DNA of 21,584 bases from Okeania sp. (GTDB taxonomy: Bacteria > Cyanobacteriota > Cyanobacteriia > Cyanobacteriales > Microcoleaceae), in contig NZ_JAYKGW010000076.1 in NCBI RefSeq assembly GCF_035285525.1, positions 1-21,584 on the forward strand, given 5' to 3'. A program made the translations under genes and the position numbers. The notes under the pieces were generated by a model that was not told the origin of the DNA, searched no databases, and worked only from the letters and a program-made list of their open reading frames with translations. Below are positions 10,196-16,137 of the stretch, in pieces (positions within the stretch are counted from its first letter, which is position 1; each line of letters opens with the position of its first letter).

Positions 10196-10326
10196 CCCCT
10201 ATATCCCCCCTAACCCCCCTTCGTAAGGGGGGAACTGCTGAAAAAGGGGGGCACTTCAAAGTCCCCCTTTTTAAGGGGGGAACCGCTTAAAAAGTGGATA
10301 TTTCAAAGTCCCCCTTATTAAGGGGG
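10196..10326. repeat. Cluster of three C5-6/G5-6 hairpin repeats
   Basis: CCCCCC-TTCGTAA-GGGGGG (10214-10232), CCCCC-TTTTTAA-GGGGGG (10263-10280) and CCCCC-TTATTAA-GGGGG (10310-10326). The last two are each preceded by TTCAAAGT. The leader CCTAACCCCCC recurs at 21431-21441. Confidence 0.6.
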
Positions 10327-10344
10327 ATTTAGGGGGATCAAATA

Positions 10345-10476
10345 ATATCAAATCCGCATTTTATCGGTATAATTCACTTCCCGTAGGGGTTTGGTCTCCA
10401 AACCCTCTACAAACTAGGAGTTTTCGCTCTTTTTTGATAGTATTACCATTTTTTCCAAAGTAAGCGGATTTGATAT
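10345..10476. repeat. 132-bp element bounded by a perfect 13-bp inverted repeat (MITE-like)
   Basis: ATATCAAATCCGC (10345-10357) and GCGGATTTGATAT (10464-10476). There is an internal hairpin, GGGGTTTGG/CCAAACCCT (10386-10406). A solo copy of the left end, ATATCAAATCCGCTTAATTCGGTAT, occurs at 16040-16065. Confidence 0.5.
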
Positions 10477-10513
10477 AACCTCTAAGTCAACGATAAAAGG
10501 AGTATCAATAAAT

Positions 10514-11395
10514 ATGGACTTATTAGTCAATCAAATCAATCTATCCCAAGAAGAAAAACAGTTTTTTGCAGAAAATGGATTTATCAAATTGAAAAAACTG
10601 TTGACAAACGAAGCGATCGATGCCTTGCGAGAGCTAACTTCTAAAGCTACGAAAAGTCCTCCAAAGTTTTACTCTGGAGACTTTTCAAAAATGGGTTATG
10701 ACGTTGAAGAAGCGATTACACGAGATATCTATTCTTCTGCGAATTTTAAGGATGTTTTGAACCAATTAACAAATAATCGGGGAGTAGCTTTCATTCAAGG
10801 AATCGGATTTGAACTCGAACCAAATCAGAAAGGATTTAATTGGCATCACGATATTCTTTCATTTTGTTATGTCATGCCACAAGACTGGGCATATACTATG
10901 TGGATACCGCTCGATCCGATTAATATAAAAGAGCAACATGGAGGATTGTCCTATGTTTCTCGCCAAGTTCATTCTGCCCGCCAGTATTTTGACATGGTTT
11001 ACCAGTTAGTGCAACAAGAGAATATTTCTGAGTTCTCCCAGACTGAAGAGTTTAAGGATTGGAATTTTCAATATGCTTCCCCAGTTGAAACTTTTCTTCT
11101 GGATAAGAATAAAGTAGAAGATGATTTTGAAGTAGGTGATGCCCTTTTGCTAGACAAATTTGTTTGGCACAAAAGCTGCACTTTAAAAGAGGGAAAATTA
11201 CCATCAAGAATGGCTTATGTGATGCGTTTTGTCGATCGCCAAGCCCGCTACTCAAGAGTTTTTATTGAGGGAACCTACTCTATTTTAAATTCTACTACCA
11301 AAGATCTTGACAGTGATATTGGCTATCAACTAGGTAAATTTCTCCAAGATGGCGACATTATTTCTGACAACCTCGAAAGTTTAAAGAGCTACTAA
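10514..11395 (+). CDS. Phytanoyl-CoA dioxygenase (PhyH) family Fe(II)/2OG oxygenase
   Basis: N-terminal FFAENGFIKLKKLL, typical of the PhyH family. HxD is in NWHHD and the distal His in FVWHKS. An AAAGGAG Shine-Dalgarno-like sequence sits about 10 nt upstream of the ATG. Confidence 0.75.
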   Translation: MDLLVNQINLSQEEKQFFAENGFIKLKKLLTNEAIDALRELTSKATKSPPKFYSGDFSKMGYDVEEAITRDIYSSANFKDVLNQLTNNRGVAFIQGIGFELEPNQKGFNWHHDILSFCYVMPQDWAYTMWIPLDPINIKEQHGGLSYVSRQVHSARQYFDMVYQLVQQENISEFSQTEEFKDWNFQYASPVETFLLDKNKVEDDFEVGDALLLDKFVWHKSCTLKEGKLPSRMAYVMRFVDRQARYSRVFIEGTYSILNSTTKDLDSDIGYQLGKFLQDGDIISDNLESLKSY

Positions 11396-11400
11396 AAACA

Positions 11401-12138
11401 TTGAAAACCCAGAAGATATTAGTTTTATGGTCTACTTTGCGATCGACCTCTACAGCCTTTGAAACTATGATGCGACAGAGAGGGGATTTTCTGGTACTCC
11501 ATGAACCCTTTAGTCTATATTATTACAGGAGTCAGGAGAGGAAAAGCGATCGCTATGCTGAGTATAGTAGGGATTCAAACTTCAATTTTGAAACGATATT
11601 TCACAGCCTAATAGAGAAGGCTAAAAACCAGCCTTTGTTTATTAAAGATATGGCATATTATATTGTGGATAAAGCCAATCCAGAATTTTTGAATCACTTT
11701 GAACGCACTTTTCTGATTCGCGATCCAGCAAAATCTCTTCCTTCTCTATTTAGCTTATGGCCGGATTTTAGTTTAATTGAAGCTGGATATGCGCAGATGT
11801 ATCAATTATTTGAACTCACTAAAGCCTTTCTCGGAAAAAACCCTCCTGTGATTGACTCAGATGATTTAGTCCAAAAACCAGAAGCGACGGTTAAATGTTA
11901 CTGCGATGCAGTGAAAATCCAATTTATTCCTAAAGCCCTGAAATGGGAAACTAAAGTCCCCCAAGTTCCTAAATGGGTAGAAAATTGGCATACCAATTTA
12001 CAATCCACTCAAGGATTTGAACAAAGGACAAAAGATTTTCAAGTGGGTATTGAAGACAACGACTACTTAAAGAAAGCCTATGACTATTGTTTTCCTTATT
12101 ATCAAAAAATGTCTGAATATCGACTACGGATTCAATAA
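11401..12138 (+). CDS. Sulfotransferase-like P-loop protein, paralog B (TTG start)
   Basis: LRSTSTAF and LIRDPAKSLPS motifs, as in paralog A. It shares the C-terminal signature PYYQK..EYRL.I. The start is a TTG 5 nt after the PhyH stop; no in-frame ATG would retain the P-loop. This suggests translational coupling with the PhyH gene. Confidence 0.6.
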   Translation: MKTQKILVLWSTLRSTSTAFETMMRQRGDFLVLHEPFSLYYYRSQERKSDRYAEYSRDSNFNFETIFHSLIEKAKNQPLFIKDMAYYIVDKANPEFLNHFERTFLIRDPAKSLPSLFSLWPDFSLIEAGYAQMYQLFELTKAFLGKNPPVIDSDDLVQKPEATVKCYCDAVKIQFIPKALKWETKVPQVPKWVENWHTNLQSTQGFEQRTKDFQVGIEDNDYLKKAYDYCFPYYQKMSEYRLRIQ

Positions 12139-12144
12139 ATTGAC

Positions 12145-12153
12145 TGGTATAAT
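12145..12153 (+). promoter_or_regulatory. Extended -10 promoter element candidate
   Basis: TGGTATAAT matches the TGnTATAAT consensus. It lies 60 nt upstream of the ATG at 12213, in the 74-nt spacer after the sulfotransferase-like gene. Confidence 0.3.
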
Positions 12154-12212
12154 TTACTTAATTTAATGATACACAACTGATCCAAGTTATTCACTAAGAA
12201 TTAAATCCGCTG

Positions 12213-13316
12213 ATGAAAATATCTAAAATTTCCGTCTATCAAGTAACTTTACCCCTAGAACATCCTTACCGACTATCAGGTGGTAGATTGTATTTTGACA
12301 AACTTGATGCCACCATCGTTGCCATGGATACAGATGAAGGAATGCGAGGTTGGGGAGAAGGATGTCCTTGGGGTTCCACTTATTTACCCGCTTTTGCTAG
12401 AGGTATCAGAGCTGGTATTGAGGAACTTGCTCCTCAACTTATCGGACTCGATCCCAGACGTATTGATTTTATCTATCGAACAATGGATACTGCTCTCCCC
12501 GGTCATCCTTACATTAAGTCAGCTCTAGATATGGCTTGTTGGGATATTCTGGGTAAATCAACAGGTCTACCACTTTGCGAACTGTTTGGCGGTCGTCTTG
12601 ACCAAGAAATAACCATTCAAAATTCTGTTCCCACAGGTACTCCAGAAGAAATGATTGAATCCATTAAGCGGGGTCAAGCAAAAGGGGAAACTATCCATAC
12701 CTGTAAAATAGGAGCAGATGTCGCTTTAGATATTGAGAGGATTCAAGCGATCGGTGCTTATTTGCCAGCTAATGAAACTGCAACTTTTGATGTGAATAGA
12801 GCTTGGTTGGTAGATGATGGTATGCGGGTAATGAATTCGGTAAAAGAACCAATTTTGTATTTTGAACAACCTTGTGAAACTTATGAAGAGTGTTTACAGT
12901 TACGGAAACTGACTAATCATCCGATTATTTTAGATGAATGTATTCAAGCTTATGGTCATGTGGTTCGCGCTCAAGCTGACCGTGCTTGTGAAGCTATTGG
13001 ATTAAAGATTGGTCGGGTAGGAGGATTAACTAAAGCCAAGCGTATTCGAGATTTTTGTGTGGAAACGGGAATTAAGATGAATATTGAAGTTACTGGGGGA
13101 AGTGTGATTGGAGATTCTGGAGCAGTTCATCTCGCTCAGAGTACCCCACTAACTCACTTGCGGGCAACTTGGTTATGCCATGAAATGTTGACTGTGGATA
13201 CGGCTACGGGTGGTGCCCGGAATCATGGGGGTAAGACTTTGGCGCCAGATGCTCCAGGTTTGGGTGTGGAGCCAATAATGGATGTTTTAGGTGAAGCGAT
13301 CGCTGTGTATGAATAA
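12213..13316 (+). CDS. Enolase-superfamily enzyme, mandelate racemase/muconate lactonizing enzyme (MR/MLE) family
   Basis: Capping domain: WGEGCPWGSTYLPA and PGHPYIKSALDMACWDILGK. Barrel domain: KIGADVALDIERIQAI, metal ligands in FDVNRAW, YFEQPC and ILDECI, and a general-base Lys in GLKIGRVGGLTKA. Confidence 0.85.
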   Translation: MKISKISVYQVTLPLEHPYRLSGGRLYFDKLDATIVAMDTDEGMRGWGEGCPWGSTYLPAFARGIRAGIEELAPQLIGLDPRRIDFIYRTMDTALPGHPYIKSALDMACWDILGKSTGLPLCELFGGRLDQEITIQNSVPTGTPEEMIESIKRGQAKGETIHTCKIGADVALDIERIQAIGAYLPANETATFDVNRAWLVDDGMRVMNSVKEPILYFEQPCETYEECLQLRKLTNHPIILDECIQAYGHVVRAQADRACEAIGLKIGRVGGLTKAKRIRDFCVETGIKMNIEVTGGSVIGDSGAVHLAQSTPLTHLRATWLCHEMLTVDTATGGARNHGGKTLAPDAPGLGVEPIMDVLGEAIAVYE

Positions 13317-13319
13317 AAT

Positions 13320-13411
13320 CAGGACTTACAGGGGAGGTACTATGTATGGAGTTCAAAAACTATTGCGCAATAGTTTTTGACGCTATGTCTAGGGTCGCTG
13401 GGTAAGTCCTA
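13320..13411. repeat. MITE-like element, copy A (TIR CAGGACTTAC/GTAAGTCCT)
   Basis: CAGGACTTAC (13320-13329) and GTAAGTCCT (13402-13410) are inverted termini. The core is a perfect 24-nt palindrome, AAAAACTATTGC|GCAATAGTTTTT (13355-13378). The element starts 4 nt after the MR/MLE stop codon. Confidence 0.65.
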
Positions 13412-13551
13412 ATATAGCAATGTGCGCATTTAATATTTACAAATCACAGGAACTGTCGAATAGCTAAAAGTCTTATGTTATAAGCAATTTATTCTTTCTG
13501 TTCCCACCTTTTCTGTTCCCTGTTCCCTGCGCACAGGGCTATAAATAGACT

Positions 13552-13654
13552 AGGATTTACACCGGAGGAACCCGGTTTCTAGGATAAATCGTTGCTTTGA
13601 ACAGTAATAATCTACCCTCGTACCGGGTTTTTGGGTTCGCCTGTGTAAGTCCTG
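13552..13654. repeat. MITE-like element, related family (TIR AGGATTTACAC/GTGTAAGTCCTG)
   Basis: The termini at 13552-13562 and 13643-13654 are inverted copies and resemble the copy A termini. Internal pairing is AACCCGGT/ACCGGGTT. Confidence 0.5.
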
Positions 13655-13666
13655 TAGACATTTACC

Positions 13667-13816
13667 GAATAATTAATAGTTAATAATTATTCATTCAAGA
13701 ACTCACGGCTGGAAGCCTCCCCTATCCTAGGGGATAAGTCAAAAATTTTCCTTTTAGTCAATCCTCTTCTTTGAAGAAGGGGTAATTATTAATTATTAAT
13801 TGTTGATTATTAATTG
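13667..13816. repeat. Element bounded by inverted AT-rich (TAATTATTAATT) blocks
   Basis: Left block GAATAATTAATAGTTAATAATTATTCATTC (13667-13696). Right block TAATTATTAATTATTAATTGTTGATTATTAATTG (13783-13816). The interior carries CCTCCCCTATCCTAGGGGA and a CTTCTTTGAAGAAG palindrome. The architecture matches 6592-6834 and 17468-17812. Confidence 0.4.
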
Positions 13817-13929
13817 CTGAATGTGAGATGATAATATTATGTCTAACTTATTAGCCAGAACAGGGAAGTTTTATGGAACCTCCCTACAAGGTTTTGGTTA
13901 TGGTGATGTGGTTTATTAAGAAAGAAAAG

Positions 13930-13938
13930 TGCTATAAT
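13930..13938 (+). promoter_or_regulatory. Extended -10 promoter element candidate
   Basis: TGCTATAAT matches TGnTATAAT and lies 39 nt upstream of the ATG at 13977. Confidence 0.3.
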
Positions 13939-13976
13939 ATCAAGCCATTAAGATTATCAGTTTAATATTTTTTTAT

Positions 13977-14675
13977 ATGCACAAAAACAAAGAACATCCA
14001 GAAACAAATTATAATGATTTTCCACACTGGATTTTTGGTGCTGAAATAGCTAACAGATTTACTGATGAGGCAGAAAAACATATTCCTGATTATTGGAGAG
14101 TAATAGAGCTAACAACTAATATATTGAAAGATAATTTATCGAAAGATAGTAATATTATAGATGTAGGTTGTGCGAGTGGAAATACATTATTATATTTATA
14201 CAAACAAGGTTTCCCAAATTTATTTGGAATAGATTCTTCTCAAGAGATGTTAAAAGTAGCTGGAAAAAATCTTAGTCAAGTTGAGAAAAATTTTCCCTCA
14301 AGACTTTTTTACTCACAAACATTTGTAGAAAATATGACTTTTAATGCTATTATTTGTAACTGGACTCTTCACTTTATTCAAGAAAGACAAGAATACTTAA
14401 AAGCTATTTTTGATTCTTTAGTTAGTCAGGGATTATTTATTCTGACAGAAAAAACTATTCAAAGTCAAATAATAGAAAATCAATATATAGTTTTTAAACA
14501 AAATAAAGGATTAAGTAATGAAGAAATTGAACGTAAGAAAAAACAATTAAAAGGTGTATTAAATCCCTGGTCTATCAGAGCAAATCTAGAGTTACTAACT
14601 CAAACTGGTTTTTCTCAAATAGAAATCGTAAATGCTAGACTAGGATTTGTAACTTTTTTGTGTATAAAACCCTAA
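13977..14675 (+). CDS. Class I SAM-dependent methyltransferase, CmoA-like
   Basis: Motif I IIDVGCASGNTL. The N-terminal segment FGAEIANRFTDEAEKHIPDYWRVIE resembles the CmoA-type F-D-x-x-A-x-x-F-x(5)-S-V-P-G-Y. NWTLHFI parallels the CmoA motif NFTLQF. The gene is very AT-rich compared with its neighbours. Confidence 0.7.
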   Translation: MHKNKEHPETNYNDFPHWIFGAEIANRFTDEAEKHIPDYWRVIELTTNILKDNLSKDSNIIDVGCASGNTLLYLYKQGFPNLFGIDSSQEMLKVAGKNLSQVEKNFPSRLFYSQTFVENMTFNAIICNWTLHFIQERQEYLKAIFDSLVSQGLFILTEKTIQSQIIENQYIVFKQNKGLSNEEIERKKKQLKGVLNPWSIRANLELLTQTGFSQIEIVNARLGFVTFLCIKP

Positions 14676-14752
14676 GTAAAAAACAGAATTTTTTTTCAAG
14701 GTAGACTTTTTTTGACAACCAACATTATTATCCAATCTTAACTTAGAGAGAA

Positions 14753-14962
14753 ATGATAGAAAACGAATCTTTTGTAATAGTTAAGAACAAACGCTTTCAC
14801 TACATTTGGTTACGGGATAATTGTCTTTCCCAGACAAGTCTTCATGCCACATCTTTTCAGAAACTCTATGACTTCAGCGAACAAAAAGAACTCCCCAAGC
14901 CAAAATTTGTTGATTTAACAAATAAGGAATTGATAATTGACTGGGATGAAAATCCTCCATAG
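14753..14962 (+). pseudogene. Remnant of a gamma-butyrobetaine-hydroxylase/TauD-type N-terminal domain (DUF971-like), truncated
   Basis: FHYIWLRDNC...LIIDWDENPP matches the start of the GBBH-like N-terminal domain (F-H-x-x-W-L-R-D-N-C-x-C-x-x-C ... L-x-I-x-W-x-D). Two of the three zinc-binding Cys positions are Ser here (CLSQTS). The frame ends after 69 codons in a TAG, and a dispersed repeat begins within a few nt (shared sequence from 14966). No catalytic-domain ORF follows. Confidence 0.6.
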
Positions 14963-14965
14963 CTG

Positions 14966-15047
14966 AAAAAAGCAGAGTGTGGTTCGTGTGGGGAGGGTGG
15001 GAAGACAGAGAGAGGCAGTAGGAGGAATAATTGTTCCTTAATTTTTC
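14966..15047. repeat. Composite dispersed repeat, copy 1 (A-run, GCAGAGTGTGG, degenerate 9-mers, AATAATTGTTCCTTAATTTTTC)
   Basis: It shares the 17-nt leader AAAAAAGCAGAGTGTGG (14966-14982) and a 22-nt trailer (15026-15047, 19/22 identical) with the element at 17842-17964. The internal G-rich 9-mer array is short and degenerate here. Confidence 0.6.
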
Positions 15048-15105
15048 TATCCTCGGTCTGCCTAACATCCTATTTTTCGGGAACCGTACTTTTTTAACCT
15101 TTTTA

Positions 15106-15805
15106 ACCTAAAAGCTGGTACTTTTTCCCGATCTAAAGTTGTTAATAACTTTATCTGTCAATGCTTCTATATTTAGGGTTTGCTGAATAAATTTCCAAAC
15201 TTTGATCTGTAAAAGCTTTAGCCTTTTTCAGTTTCAAAAAGTACCTAGGGCTTGCTGAATTTTTATCAAAGTGTTTACGGGCGTTGCTTTCAGCATTAGA
15301 CCTCTCCAAAAATTCTCAAGTACCTGTTATAACTATCTTTCCAGAAGCGATAGCGTACCCTTAACCGGAGGTTATCGCCAGCTTCTCCAGATAGTCATTT
15401 TCTACGTGTTTTAAGTATTACAGATAGTTATTGTTAATTATTGACCATTTTTATCTAGTTTTTTTATGATTTTTTTTCGTAATCTAAGGTATGATTTATA
15501 CTAACATTAATGCTCAAGCATCTTCATCTAACCAGACCACATATTGTTAAAATTACTTTCTCACGGATTAAGTTCTTTTAATCTGAATCTTTCTCGTAAG
15601 ATTCTCAATATTTTTATCAGTCTTATTATATGCTCTTGCGTTTATTCTTTTTTTAGCTTTTCGCTGATTATTTTCCTTGGCTTCTTCTGACATTTTTTGG
15701 TTTCTTTTTTTTTGGCGTGTTAACTCTTTCTCCTCCTTGATATCCTTGAATTTCTATTTTGGAGAGGTCTATTTATAGATATTAAGAAAGTACCAGCTTT
15801 TAGGT
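15106..15805. repeat. Nested perfect inverted repeats bounding about 700 bp of non-coding DNA
   Basis: Outer pair: ACCTAAAAGCTGGTACTTT (15106-15124) and AAAGTACCAGCTTTTAGGT (15787-15805), 19/19. Inner pair: TAGACCTCTCCAAAA (15297-15311) and TTTTGGAGAGGTCTA (15757-15771), 15/15. An additional imperfect pair lies outside, at about 15020-15047 and 15850-15903. There is no ORF of 60 aa or more inside. Confidence 0.6.
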
Positions 15806-15988
15806 GATTCCAGCTTAAAAATCTACGATTTTGGGCAAAACTAGGGGTAAAAAATTAAGGGAAGATTCTTCTGTCTACCTTTTCTATAATTCTTATTCCT
15901 CCTGGATGCTGGATTCTCGATTCTGGCTGCTTCCCGCAACTAAAAGACTTTTTCAGCCAACCCTATTTAGGGAAGGAAGACAGAGGAA

Positions 15989-16025
15989 AGAAGGCAGAAG
16001 TGGGTTAACACCGCTTCTGCCTTCT
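15989..16025. repeat. 12-bp perfect hairpin (CTGCCTTC-type repeat)
   Basis: AGAAGGCAGAAG (15989-16000) pairs with CTTCTGCCTTCT (16014-16025). The CTGCCTTC motif is also tandemly repeated at 4218-4250. It lies about 110 nt downstream of the minus-strand permease stop, but no U-tract follows. Confidence 0.4.
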
Positions 16026-16137
16026 GTCTTACCCTTTTATATCAAATCCGCTTAATTCGGTATCAAAAAAATTTTCATCTTTATCCAAGAGCAAATCTTT
16101 CTCAATCCTCAATCGTGCTGACTCCTAGATTAACTAT

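Noticed and set aside
11052-12528. ORFs 11052-11255 (-) and 12280-12528 (+)
   Set aside because: They are embedded in alternative frames of the PhyH and MR/MLE genes, both of which have clear family motifs. Neither ORF has any independent support.
14874-16055. ORFs 14874-15068 (-) and 15831-16055 (+)
   Set aside because: Both are translated almost entirely from dispersed or tandem repeat DNA (the 9-mer-derived segment and the CTGCCTTC hairpin). The amino-acid periodicity simply reflects the repeats.
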